This document shows positions 27,838 through 41,577 of a stretch of 64,000 bases of DNA, in pieces (position 1 is the stretch's first letter; each line of letters begins with the position of its first letter). The position numbers and the translations under genes are program-made. The stretch lies in assembly GCF_000150275.1 (NCBI RefSeq), contig NW_002060950.1, forward strand, positions 2,592,106 through 2,656,105, given 5' to 3'. Under the pieces are notes generated by a model. The model was not told where the DNA came from. It worked only from the letters and a program-made list of their open reading frames with translations, and searched no databases. The DNA comes from Trichoplax adhaerens. Taxonomy: Eukaryota > Animalia > Placozoa.

Positions 27838-28690
27838 GTAGTACGCACCAACTACTAAATATTTTATGATCAATATTTTATTGCTCTGTAATAATATCTC
27901 TTTTACTTACCTATATTTTCTACTAGAAGGATCTGGAAGGAGAAACGCACAAGTTTAATGCCATAAAATAATATTTTTATTACTTAAGCTCGCATGATAC
28001 TGTAGTATACACCAACTACTGAACATTTTATGATCAACATTTTATAGCTCTATAATACCTCTTTGTCATGTCACCGTGAAGAGTAGATGACTAAATTTAT
28101 TGATTAACGATTATTTATAGAGATAACTAATAATGACTTACAGTAAGAACTTCAATAGTTATTATTTTGATACAGTAAACTATGTTGTACTGTAGTAAGA
28201 GGTCCTATACGGTAACTAATGCTAATTGATTATAGAGTTATGTCTTGTAACACTTGTGATCAATATCCTGAAGATATTCAATTATAGATGGATGATACTA
28301 CAAGTAATTCTGTGTATGGGTATACTGTAATCTAATTATCTAGAATCGTGCAGTAAAGTCAAAGATTATGAATAATTTCTGCATTAATTTAGCTATACAA
28401 TATGAACTAAATTTCATGAACTGTTATGACTCATACACGATAGCAGTTGCTGATGGGTATTTAAGGTCGGCAGATAGCAAAATAAAATGAGAGTCCTATA
28501 GTTGTTTAATGTAGAAGCAAAGGCATCTAAATTTTTGTGAGATAGTTAAGGGATACTGAATCCCGGAGACTATAGTAATTTAGAAGTTTGTTTTACGTTA
28601 TCTTCGTTACGAAGTTGGTTTAAGACACTCTTCTAGTCACTTCTAGATTCTACTAGACGTATTAAAAGATAAACTCACAAATCTAGTAGA
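27838..28690. repeat. Tandem duplication ~170 bp x 2; second unit split by the element at 28064-28627
   Basis: GTAGTA..CACCAACTACT.AA.ATTTTATGATCAA at about 27838 and 28002; homology resumes after the element. Confidence 0.75.
28064..28627 (+). mobile_element. Solo LTR-like element, family C (B-related)
   Basis: TGTCATG...AAGACA, TSD CTCTT; last ~130 bp nearly the same as family B. Confidence 0.85.
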
Positions 28691-29997
28691 TAAAAGTTTG
28701 ATAGCACTTCTCTGCAGCAGTGAATATGGAGTTACTATCTGCTCCTACTCTCAATTTCTTCTTCTGCTTTTGTAATCTTTCGTCTAACCAAACACTTTTG
28801 TAAACATGTTCATCTTTACATCCTAGGTATTACCATATGTTTTGCTTGCATACTATCCATTATTATTGAAATACATTTAATTTCAACGCTTACTATCTTG
28901 TATAGCAGCGGTTACAATTTTTATAACAGCTTTTAACAAACGCCTTCACAAATTTAGAACTTGGCGCTAGGTTTATTTTACAGACCGTTCATTCTATTAT
29001 CTTGTTTACTACCTGCTCGCTATATTTTATCCTCACATTATGTATATTAGCTACTTTTTATAAGCATATAATTACAAATTGACTTATTACAATTCTTGAT
29101 GAGGCTATTTATTCAAAGTTTGAATTTTTCTATCCTTAACACAATGTTTATAATTACATTTAATATTGCTATGTCATTATTTCTGATTAAAATTTGATTA
29201 TCAAGCTTGCTCTTCAGTATTCGCCTACTAAGCCATAGACTAAACTACGACAATGTAAAATTTTAGTAAGTAATAATTCAATTTATAGCTACATTAAATT
29301 AATTTAAAAAGCCTCAGATTACCATTGCATGATATCAGTCAATTTGAATTTCTTAGATAAACTTATTTAACTAAACTTTTGTCAGCCAGCAAGTATTTCC
29401 AATTTTTCGCTTTGGCTCTATTAATCTTGAGTGAGATCCATTATTTTAAAAATTTTATTTATTGACTAGACTAATAAAGGTATAAATTACCTGATGAATT
29501 GTTTTAAATGATCATAAAGAAAAGTCATTTATTGACTAAAATGAGTACTAGCTATAAGTCTGAACTAGATATGAAATTATTTCTACTTTATTCCTTTTTC
29601 TAATGTGGATATTACCAATGAAATTATTAATAATTCATTTATCAATTGATGAATATAGACAAATGTCATCGTCAGAAAATTTCTACTCGATTGTAAGACA
29701 AAGGTATTCCTTTTACCATTATTTTACTGCCTTTTCCATCATAAAGGATATGCAGGTATGTTATGACAACAACAAAATAGCCCTTTTAATTGTTGATATG
29801 TTGAAAATTAGCGACAGGTCAGAGTAAATAAATATCAGTGATTAACGGCAGTATAAGTAAGCTTGGGACAGTATTGACGTTGATTATATATAGGTTAATA
29901 TCGGTCAAAGGAGCAGTCACATTTCACTTTTACTCCTAAATGATTCAAAATTATTATCCTTCAGCGAGAAGATTTTGAAAATAGAAAAAGTCAAAGT

Positions 29998-31089
29998 ATG
30001 ATGTTATCTGGATGTGACTATAGGAATAGCAGTATCGCACCGAATTATACTACTTCAAAATCAAGAGATGAAATATTCATCCATATTGTCACATTTCTTC
30101 TTGCCATCGTCGCATTAGTAGGTAACTTACTGACCGTCATTGTCATCTATAGGAAAAATACTTTACATAATCCTTCAGGTCTTCTCATCGCAACTCTTGG
30201 TGTATCCAATATTTTAATTTCACTTTTTGCTGCTTTACCAGCACTATTTCATTACAATTCGGAAACTTATCATCTCTCTAATATTGGCTGTGTTATACAT
30301 GCTTATTTAACTACTGCAACCGTAGGCATTTCTTATACAGTAGTTTCAGTCATCGCTTTTGATCGTTGCTTTGCTATATGTCTACCTCTACATTATGAAA
30401 TTTATTTTACAAAGCGATGTGCAATACAGTACTTATGCACCAATTGCTTTTTTGTTGTTGCTTTAAGTGCTGTACCATTAATGGGCTTTCAAGACATAGG
30501 CTTAGGTCAATATCAATACGTTCCTTACGTATCCGGTTGCTGGCTCGATATCATCAATTATTGCGAGAATTATATTTTCCTGATCATCCTCAATGTGTCT
30601 ATTTCATTGGTTTTATGTCTTGTCTTTGGTTGCTATACTATTATTTTAACTCAAGCAATTCAAAATAACTTAGGAAAATCATACCATCGCAATAAAATAA
30701 ATAAAGAAAAGCTCAAAATATTAAGGAAATCCATTCGCACAACATTATTAATCGTTGGAATCTTCTTAGTTACCGCCATTCCTATGGTTATAGTCATTTT
30801 AGCCAGCATATACCATCGTAAATTAATTGTACCATCTGTCGTCTATAGCATATTCTTTCATTGGAATATCTATTGCAATATAGCTATAAATCCAATCATT
30901 TTTGGGTTTTCACATAAAGAATTTCGACAAAATTATTCTAAGATGATTTCCTATTGCTTTCGAAGTAGAAAGACACCTATCAGCCGTCTTAGTACTAGTT
31001 TCATGGTCAATACAGCTATTACTTATCCTAAAAGCCCTTTGGTAGCCAAGAATAGCACTACAAATATAGAGATTCTTCACCGCCAATAA
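29998..31089 (+). CDS. Orphan class A GPCR paralogue, 363 aa
   Basis: TM1 GN, LHNPSG, TM2 LGVSN, DRC, PLHY, ECL2 GCWLD, TM7 NPIIFGFSHKEFR. Confidence 0.95.
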   Translation: MMLSGCDYRNSSIAPNYTTSKSRDEIFIHIVTFLLAIVALVGNLLTVIVIYRKNTLHNPSGLLIATLGVSNILISLFAALPALFHYNSETYHLSNIGCVIHAYLTTATVGISYTVVSVIAFDRCFAICLPLHYEIYFTKRCAIQYLCTNCFFVVALSAVPLMGFQDIGLGQYQYVPYVSGCWLDIINYCENYIFLIILNVSISLVLCLVFGCYTIILTQAIQNNLGKSYHRNKINKEKLKILRKSIRTTLLIVGIFLVTAIPMVIVILASIYHRKLIVPSVVYSIFFHWNIYCNIAINPIIFGFSHKEFRQNYSKMISYCFRSRKTPISRLSTSFMVNTAITYPKSPLVAKNSTTNIEILHRQ

Positions 31090-33025
31090 TGTAATCCTTA
31101 TGGATTTATTTTATAGTAAGATTCCAGCTACAGAATGAATATACTGTACAAATATGCATCCCAAGCCTAATCATTTCCATCATTCAAATAGTAATAAGTT
31201 ATAGGAAAAACTAATTATAAAAGAGTAGCCAGCATCAAATAACTAATAAAATGAGAATAGAGTTACATTAAGATCCTTTCTATCCTAGTTCAAACATGGA
31301 ACAAAAATAGGGTGGATTAAAATATTAATCTTATTAAAAATTGCAATATTTTGTACCGCATTAAATATTAAAATCTTGTTCCATCAGCCATCGATTCTCA
31401 TATTTATAATTATTACTCTTATTGTCTATTCTTACATGTAGAAAGTAAAATGGAAGCTCTTGTACATTTAATAGCGTAAATAACGCAAATTGATCATTAG
31501 TATCAGCTAAATCATCACATCGACAGTAAAATTCTACAGATAACAGTATTGCCATAAGCTATTGAACAATATGAGAAAGAAAATATTACATCTTTACATG
31601 TCATAGATGTGAAAATAATTCAATTTTATGCGTAAAATAATAAGTGCCAATACTGTATAATTGATTTTTAAAATTCAATTCTGTTGTCAAGTGATATATA
31701 AAACGTGGATGAAATCTTGTTATAGAGATAAAGCATAAACTTGATTTCCCCACCGTATCAACAGCAGAACATCATCTCATCCTTGTGCCTACCTGAATTT
31801 CGTAAATTTTTCCTATTAATCGGTTACTGAAACTATCAGTTAATCGTATATTTTAATTAAAAAATTGATTATTTTTAATATGAGAACAGCATCAAATTAC
31901 ATCCATATTAATCCTTACAATCCGCAGTGAAAATTTTTCACTACTGGATTTCATAGAATTATGATTAAGAATTGAATCGCCTTAAAAGTTAATAAATGTC
32001 AAGAAACGTTTGAAAAGATTTTAATTAATCTTGATTTAGGCTGGAAACTATAGATCAATGCCATTATAGAAGTATAATGCGTGAAAGTAATTCCTTTACT
32101 GTCAACAACTCTTTGATCATAATGGTACCTCTTCACCGATATTAGCATTCTATAACTATTATATAACCTACAGTAGAATCACCAATATTCTAAAGTCAAG
32201 AAACTAGGTTTTTTATTAAGATCTCTAACTTTAACAACTTAGTAGTAGAAACAAGAAAAACGCAAGTTAGCTTTAATACATAAAATCAAATTTTAGAATT
32301 ACTAACGCTAATAGCAGTTATCTTTATTTCAAGGAAAACTCTGGTTATATAGAAAAGACATACGTGTAAACATGTTATTATTGCTATCTTTTTCTCTTAA
32401 TTTGGTATTCATCGCCGTAGTAAAAATGTAAACAGATTATCCTACGTTATCCTTTTTATCTAGAATTATTTTTTACTTAAGTACATTTTAATGTCCAAAA
32501 TTGCAAGATTTACACATTACAATACCGACAATATTGTAAAGCTAACCTACCACAATCGACAGCGATTGGCATGAAGAAAACTAGAGTAATTACTGCTACG
32601 CTTATTCAAAAATCGCCCTGATTTAGTGAAATTTTCAAGTTGATTGCAAATATGTGAGTATACAAAGTTGGAATTTTCTAGCAGTTTTCCGATCTGAATC
32701 CAACCCAATCCTTAAAACTCCATTGAGGACCTACGAAATATTTAGTATTGGTCGGATAATATTCCTTTCACTTAAAGATATTATAGGCTTGAAATAGAGG
32801 TCTAATAACTTACTAAAATACTAAATTTATATTTTAAATAGTATTAACCTTTGCTGGCAGACTATTCGAGTTTTTTGAGACCAATTTATTGAAACAGCCT
32901 CAACATATAAGTTAACGAACAGTTAAATGCATGCAGAGTGAGCAGTCCCAGATTTCTCTTAAAAATCTCGACAGTATTTGCATTTACAAATGCTATAAAT
33001 AGCATTTAAAGAATTTTGTAGTTCA

Positions 33026-33052
33026 GCAGCGAGGCAGCGAGGCAGCGAGGCA
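33026..33052. repeat. 8-bp GC-rich tandem repeat (GCAGCGAG) x3.4
   Basis: Read directly from the sequence. Confidence 0.9.
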
Positions 33053-35245
33053 AAGTCCTTATCGAGAATCAAACTAGACATTGCACTACCTTAATAGCTC
33101 TTATTAATATCCTGCTATCATTCTTCTCCGTAAATATAGTAGTTAATACTATAAATTATCCTTGTTCCCAAATATAAAATAATCTACTGCGGCTCGGAAT
33201 ACTCTTAATATGCATTTCTTTGCATTTTATAATGTCCTATAGCTGCTGTAATTTGAAGTTGTGGTATGCATCAAAACACAATCCTACGCCAACCTACAGC
33301 AGCGCATACATTTTTACCCTAAAAGCAATGTATTGATGATTTGGGAATAAAGATGAACTTCATAATCAAAGACTTTCCGGCTAAGGTATAAACATTTAAG
33401 AATGAAATTAAAAGTTATACTATTCTTTGATAAAGCATAATGCTGAGATAAACAAATTAAAAAGGGATGAATTATATTTACCTTTATTTATCGTAAAAAA
33501 GCCAAAATTATAATGTTTATATTAATAGAATTAGAAATTTGTAATTTAGTGATAATAACCAACTCATAAAAAATAAATTCTTAATTATTTATAGAACAGA
33601 AATAAACAGAATTTGGGCATGAGTATATTAAATAATAATCAAACATATTATTTTACTCAGATGACAAAAAATAGAGTATCGATATTATTATTAATAAAGC
33701 AAAATTGCATAGTAGATCAGCACATTTTCGTATTTGTGGCATGTTAATATTATTATTATGATTATAGCGAATGTCAATTGATTTATTTACTAATTCTATA
33801 ATCAATTAAGGAAAAATCTTTGAGTAGAATATTATTCTCATAAAGTAAAGAGTTACTGAGTTGCATTTTAGCTGTAGCTCTAGCTGGCGATAGTACAGCT
33901 ACTTGTATTGATAGAAAAATTACCTGTCGGATAAACTGTAGAATAAGTTGCTATAGAACATTACTGTAAATTTAACCATTAGTATACATCTAAAGAATAA
34001 CGAATCCTATTTTGAATTAATTCTCTCTATTTTAGGTACCAAAAGGAGTGAATAAACGAATAGAATTGCTAATTATGCTTTCTGACAGCTTAGTACCATA
34101 ATCTGTATTCAACTTTTAAATCTAGGTCTAGAAAATAAATAACTTTAGTACTATCTTCATGTCATTTTATAATAGGATGTTTATTGTCTCCTGAAGATAA
34201 AGCAATGCTTGTATTTTCTTATATTTACTGTATGAAGACCTTTTATTACGAAGTTCGTAAGTGAATAAATCAATTTTTAGCTGATATAATTCTATTAAGA
34301 TACGGCTATAATTTGAAATATGTAATTTGAAATCTGTAATTTAAATGATCCTTTAAAAATTGATTGAACTACATTCAATGGATGTCACTATCAAACTTAA
34401 GATATTATAATTTATATAGACATGTGCATCTATAATTTACGTTATCGAAATGAACCGTTACATCAAATAAAAACTTTAAATTGAAATGCCTCAGAGTACA
34501 AATTTAGATATAATTTCATGATTAGAAGGCTTTGATATTGGTATAGTCGTCCATATATGTCAGCCATTAGGTACAAGTTTTTGTTTACATTCATATAATG
34601 CTCTTACTTTAGCATGAAGTCAGTTTTTAATGATCATAAGACAATCATATGGCATGATGGATAAAAATATTATGTCATAAACTAATCTGATCAATTGAAT
34701 TTACCTTCATTTTGATCCAACCCGAAATTCCGCTCATTATTTCGGAAAAGAAACATTTTCATCCTTTAATTATTGAAAGAACGTTAAAATTTCACTGATT
34801 ATCAGTATTCCCCGAATAAAGCTATCTTCAGTATAGTATTAATTTTTGTTATTTTTATACTTTCTATTTAAGTGTTTCTCAGAAATAACATTAGCAATCA
34901 TTTATTCAAGAAAGAATGTGCGGTAGTCATTGTTAGGATTTCTTAGAAATTGGGGAGTAATAATATCCAAATAAATTTTTGCATATACAAAGATCTTGTG
35001 TCAACAACTCTTCAGGCGTTGAATCATCATTATTATAGCATCCTGAGCTCATCTAACGAATAATCCTTTTAGTGTTGACTCAATAGTATTGTTTCCTAAA
35101 GGAAGGAATTAGAATGATAGTTCAGATATCATATCTGCATTGAGAATAAATTCTTGATAAACAGATCTCTAATAGGTTGCTGTTATGTTAAAGAATAAAA
35201 TTGGCTATGGTAGGGGTATTCCAGAAAATTTAGAGTCTGTCGATA

Positions 35246-35874
35246 TGTCATAAAACAGCTTTGCAACAAGATAACGTAATGTAAGATCAATAAGTCAATT
35301 CCTTGAACCACGTATCAAGGAAAGATATCTGCACTATCAGAAACGCTTTTGTTCTACTAGCAGACTACACAAAAACTTAGACGCCTCGTATTTTATGTTA
35401 AACACTAAGTTTGAGAATCCACTTTATTACACGATATACTGCAATTATATACTATTCCTCAATAGTTCATGAGTCATTGTTAGCACGGTTAACTTTGGAA
35501 TCATTGACGGTTTTATATATTAGTGTAAACTACTGCTCCCTAATGCAGACAACAGTATTTACGAACATAGACATCTAATGACTAATACAGAATAATCAGA
35601 TTGCGATATGTCCTATCAGGGAATATTTTCACGATAATTTACAATCTACCATAAGTAAGTTACAATCACAATGATTCGAACTGTAAGTAGATGATTTGTA
35701 TTCCCTATTATAACTATTAATTTCAGTATGTGTATATGTGTCACTGCCATAAACAGTCAGTGCTATATTAAAATACAGTATATCTAAATTAGAAGTTAAC
35801 TAAATAAGGATAGGCTAACAGAATTATCCTAACATAGATATTTCTACTCTAATACTGTATATAACACTGTCACG
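35246..35874 (-). mobile_element. Solo LTR-like element, family A
   Basis: TGTCATA...TGTCACG (terminal base mutated), TSD CGATA. Confidence 0.9.
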
Positions 35875-36591
35875 CGATAACATTTAAAATCGTATTAATT
35901 CATTCTTAAATCTGCCTACGGATAAATCATTGTCCTTCAAGTCTAGGTAGATGATGTAAATTGTATTATCTGCCGATATTTAGAATCATTGCGACAAGTT
36001 CTGTCTAGCTATAACAATATACGTCAAAAATAAAATATTCTTAGAATCATGAAATAATCTGATATAGTAGTATACTGCATGACCCATGCATTATTTTTTT
36101 AAAAAGTAACTTACATTGTGTTTATTTTGATATTTTCTTATTAATAGGCGATGATAAGTTTTCCTAGCTAAATCCGAAGAAATACAGCGTGCCCTTCATA
36201 TGCATGCGATAAACACTCTCGTAAAAAGGAAATGAATTGAGTGTTACAATAATTCTATTCCATGGTATCCTACATCGAAGATAAAAAATATACACCTAAT
36301 TATTAAGACAACATAGCACATGTTACATGTTTTTTACTCGCTAGCTGACTTTCATATAGCATTATTCTCCCGAATTTTATGCGCTGCTTCATTAATAAAT
36401 ACATTTTCAACAATGAAGACCTTATCGAAATTAGGTAACATATACGGACATAAATACTTAAACTAGCAAATCCCGCCTGCAATCTTACTTCCAAATACAA
36501 GCTCTTTCATTCTAATGCTCATATATCACTTTGTAGTGCATAGCTACTTACCATGTTGCCATTTAGAATTTAGTCTATTTGTAAGTGTAAC

Positions 36592-37133
36592 TGTGACGGT
36601 GTTACCTTACCCTTAGAATAGTTTAATAGTACAGTAGCAGTTAATGTGGAAACTATCCATATTTGTAGCGCTAGAGAACATAAGTGATGCTTTAACGCGG
36701 ATGTTATTTGTGATAGTTATTACATATTTGATATCGATTATTATTATGCCTAGATTGTAGTAAGATGATTCAAGATCCAGCTAATGATAGTTGAACTAGA
36801 CAATATATATGCTCAGATTAAGATTAAGTATGTGTAATGGGTTAAAAATATTTACTCATAGAAAAACTATGTAAGGAATATCTCGGTTCGAGATGTCTCT
36901 CCCTGTAAGGTATAATAACATCAATTTTTTTTACAAATTAGATGGTCCCTGTATAAGCGGATAGTTTTGAGTTGAGTAGAGAGTGTTTTAAAAAATTGTA
37001 GATGTCTTAATGCTAATAAAAGTTTACGATATTTTCTTGTGTGTTTGTAACATTTAGTAAAGAGCGTTTAAGTCAGTAGTTACTTATAGACTTCAACTTT
37101 AGGTTTCCTTGTCGCATAGTATATATTGAGACA
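36592..37133 (+). mobile_element. Solo LTR-like element, family D
   Basis: TGTGACGG...TGAGACA, TSD GTAAC/GTAAA; homologous to 45615-46165. Confidence 0.85.
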
Positions 37134-37682
37134 GTAAAATCACTTCCTAGGTAACGATAAGATAGTATCGAACAAAGTAGAATCTTGAACTACAGTATAA
37201 CTGCGCAACCAAGGTTTGGTGACAAAAATAAAGCGCGCAAAACACTTTAGATTTAACAGCGTCTTGTTTCCTGAAATCTCTATGATTGCACTGATTTTAA
37301 AATTTACAATTTCTTACCTGTACCGTTTCTCCACTTATGGCATTAAATTATAAATAGTAACATCGCATTCAATTGTTAGTAGCAATTATTAAATGGGTAA
37401 TCATCCGCTAATAAATAAATAAATTAAGCAGAATTATAATAATTTTTACAAATATTTGCTTATTCTTACGAAATTATCGCAAGAAACTTCACCCTCGAAT
37501 AATGGCCACCATCCGATTTTACTAAAATTTATCGCAGATAGTAACTAACCACTATTATTCAATTGGAAAATATTCAATTGGTACATATTAAAATATTGAT
37601 TTTAATTATGCTATTTAACATTGCAGATGTAATAGCTGACTAAATCAATTTCTTAATAATCAACAAAGAGTCATTAGGTATG

Positions 37683-38262
37683 TGTCACAAAATAGCTTTC
37701 GTGAACGTACCTAAACTAGTCTATCTACTCTTATGGTTCTCCGACTAACTCCGGAGATCCTCAGTAAGGGAAAACTAACTTATTCCTATACTATAGTAAT
37801 CAAGTCAAAACGATAGGTTTAGGTTAATCAATATCTTTATTACTAGCTTGCTTACGTTTGTACCAGTGTATCCTACGTTAACCTCGGTGGAACTGAGATT
37901 AAAAAGTAATAATCAAGCTTATATACAGTTTCATATGTCACACAAATAAGATCGGTGCTAATCTTTCACACTATATTATAGAATGTGCAATACAGGCTTA
38001 CTATAGATTCGACTAGATCGATTGTTACTTATTACTTGCCACAAATTAATATTATTAATTAGCACCTTATTAACTAACATAATAATCTTCACAGTTTGAC
38101 ATTTTAATTGCTAACACCATATCCACGCTGTATATTACTACGATAATTAATAACAAAACTCAATTAGCAACTAGGTTGTTATCGAGATCGGTAACCTCCA
38201 TAATAACATTATTACACATATTAGATCAAAATATTATTCATTTCGGAGCGAGCTCCGTCGCA
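37683..38262 (-). mobile_element. Solo LTR-like element, family E (single copy)
   Basis: TGTCACAAAATAGCTT (resembles the family A end)...CCGTCGCA, perfect TSD GTATG. Confidence 0.8.
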
Positions 38263-39050
38263 GTATGTTACATTGGAATGAAGTCAAATTAACTTTCATC
38301 TGCTCATAAAGAATAATTCCAACCGATTGGTAAGATATCAGGTAATCAATTAATATAAATGCAATTTGCACAGCATCGTGCTTTAATTAAAACCATAATT
38401 ACAAAACATATTTGCATGATAAAGAAATCGTAAAATATCGGTAATAAATGGGTTTTATAATCTTTTGCGATCAATCTTACATGCTACAAATAGTAACATT
38501 ATACTGCTTCATCAATAACAATTACTTCATCAAGCACAAGCAAGTTTTTTACGTTATATCATGGTTATATATCGATTTACTTCGTGATTCTATCTCGACT
38601 TCATAGCACATTTTCACTGTAATTAATCGAAATAACTATATTAGCTTCTAAGGATTTTTCGCAATTTTTATCTAATTATAATTTAATGAAGAGAAGAAAT
38701 ATAATGATTTCAATCATGTCTAAGTGTTTGATTATTATATGTTATAAACAATTAGTTACGATCATTTATGCTTGAGGGCCTATGTTCAGTATTTCGACTA
38801 CTAAAAAATTAAAGTAGTTTTTCCGGCTATTCTTTTCATAAGTAAATTAGACATTAAATATATTCTATCATTCTTATTTATCTTGTATTTAATTTATTCA
38901 TACTATTCGCAGCTAATAATAATGCTGAACTCTAATAAGCTCAGAAGTCTGGTAGGGCTAAGCATAATCTCGTTCATTCCCAATATTCCTTCCCATTTAT
39001 GTGGTCTTAGCCTCTAAATGCTACGAATGGATCACATTTATATAACATCT

Positions 39051-39596
39051 TGTAATGTAACTAGCATTGTGATTGTAGACTGTTAGCCATGTTTAGTATA
39101 ATGCACGGTAGATATTTATCCTAAGAGATATTTGGTAGCTATAACTATAGACTGTAGTGGTATAGACTCTATGCTAGAGTACAGATGACTATATACAGTA
39201 AGCTGTTGAGTTACTAATAAGGTTATAGGTAAAAATAAAACTGTAAATTATATATTAGGATATGGTTAATTCATTGTACTTTGGCTGATGTGAATAATGT
39301 CTACGTAAATACTGTAGTCGTACTTATATCGGATTAATGATAGTCCACAGTAGAGTAGTGTTACTAAGAATTTAACTATGTGTAAAATAAGGTAAAAGGT
39401 TGCCATGCGGATTGTAGCTGCGAATGCTACGAAAAGTATAAAAGCATGCAACTTTAGATTATTCTGTTAGTTCGTTCTATAAGTCTTTAGTAGTAGTATT
39501 CGGCTAGAGTAGAGCTGTGTGTAGTTAATCTTTGTATAAGATTCAATAAAGCCCTTATTTTTCTAAAATTTGGAATTTCGTGATCGGTATATATCA
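39051..39596 (+). mobile_element. Solo LTR-like element, family F (TGTAA...TATCA)
   Basis: Inverted homologue at 47316-47872 with the same boundaries; TATAAAA at about 39437, AATAAA at about 39545; TSD degenerate (CATCT/CAGGT). Confidence 0.7.
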
Positions 39597-41577
39597 CAGG
39601 TCTACTTACTGTAAATAATGATGCGTGTGTACCATAAAAACAAGTCTGATACTGACTACAGAATACAATAGTATTTAGAACATCGCTATAATAATAAATA
39701 TGCGATATAAGCAGGCAGGATCATGATAGAGTATTAAACTCATTATCGCTGCTGAAGCAATTGAATATACAACATTACAAATACTCTTCCTGTCAATCTT
39801 ATATAGCATATATATATATACATAAACTTCAAAACTTTTACCACTTAATCTTATTTGCTCTAACGATGAAACTTGCAGACATTTACTATTGCTATCATTT
39901 CGTAAAATAACCAAAATTAGTGAAATAAAGCATTTCCATAGCCTGGTATTTTTCATGGAGCCAGTAAAGCGCAAAGAGATAGAACTATAGAAAAATAAAG
40001 GTCATCTTCTTCTTTTAGATTAGGGTAGAATAGGCAATCCTGGGTCTTAGTAATAGTCTTTAAATGTTTTAAGAGTATGAAACGATTCATAAATCATGCA
40101 AGTATAAGATTTACGCATGTATCGCAGCAGAAATACCAGCTGTTCATTTTATATGACAAAATTAATAAATCGTTACCATGGAATTACATTCATGTTGATT
40201 CCGCTCCCTGTAAATACATCAAAAATAGTTATCTATTTTTATCCATTTTCATAGGAATAATGTACCATAACAGATTGGTTCTATAGCCTTGATGAAGATG
40301 TTACAATCATTAAGTCTTAGCTTCATAAAGTAGTGAGTGAAATTTTCTTGAGGAAATTTTTATGCAGCGTAATAGATACGATCACTTCAGCACTAATATA
40401 ACTTCATAGCACGCTACAGAATTTCGATTAGTCCATAGAAATAATGTATGAACTCAATAATCAGAATTGAAATCTACCTACACATGAGTGCTACCGTATT
40501 AGTAATCTGCATCATTCTATTCGCCATTAATTTACAAATTTACCGTGATATACTCATAAATCTTTGCTGACGCTTTTTCTAGCTTTCCACGTATAAATAT
40601 GTTAGTAAACTAAATAAAAGCAGTTATTATTGCAATTAAATCAGTGGCAAAATAACTAACTTACTTGATTAACATATATCCCTTTACATATATCCAATAT
40701 GATCTTGAACCCTTTATGAATTAATTAATTGTTTCATTTTATCTTAATTATTGAGGCAATGCATTATTATAAGACATGTTAGTAATTCAGGTAAAATTGT
40801 CATCTCTTCAGTAACCTGGTTATTGTAGTCAACATGCATAATTAGATTTGTAATTGACAATAGCAGCGGCGAATAGGAAATTTAATTTTATAAAGAACAA
40901 CGTCTGAATACAATTTCATTTAAAATTAAATAAAATTAAAATTAAAACTATGCCTTTTCTTTCCTTTGCAACTCGATAACAGAATCAATTGTTCATCGTT
41001 TGCTTCTATGATACAATTTTAGCATTATAAATATATCAGTGAATGATTTCAGAGCAAGAGTAAAAGACATGAAGCAATAACTTTCGTAAACAGCTCCGAA
41101 AAGAATTATATGTGAGAAACTAAGCTAAAAACCTGTTCGTTTTAAAACAGGAAAATTTCGAAATTATATGATAATTTAAATAGTATCTATCCACGCTATC
41201 CTTACAACCGTCCTATAAATTTCCATTCTAACATTTCTCAAATAGTGAAGGAACCGAGCTCGAAAGAAGATTTTAACCAAAGAAATTAAACTTGCTTGAT
41301 GGTAAAGGCTATTACTTATATCAACTCGATTTTTTCAACAATTACTGAACAATTGCTGAATTCGAAATATGAATATTAATTCGGTTCAAGAAGACAATTT
41401 AACAAGAAAAAATTGAGCTCTCCCTCTTTCATTTTATACTTTAAACTATCATTGATGTATAATCTGCTTTTAATTAACTACTATTAAGTAATCGCAGAAT
41501 TGAATACTAATTTCATCAGTAATACTTTATACACGTAGAATAAAAGCGAAAGATATCGTCTTTTTTGATTTTTCGTC

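Noticed and set aside
34690-35245. Possible decayed coding sequence on the minus strand
   Set aside because: Stops in all three frames and no identifiable domain by eye.
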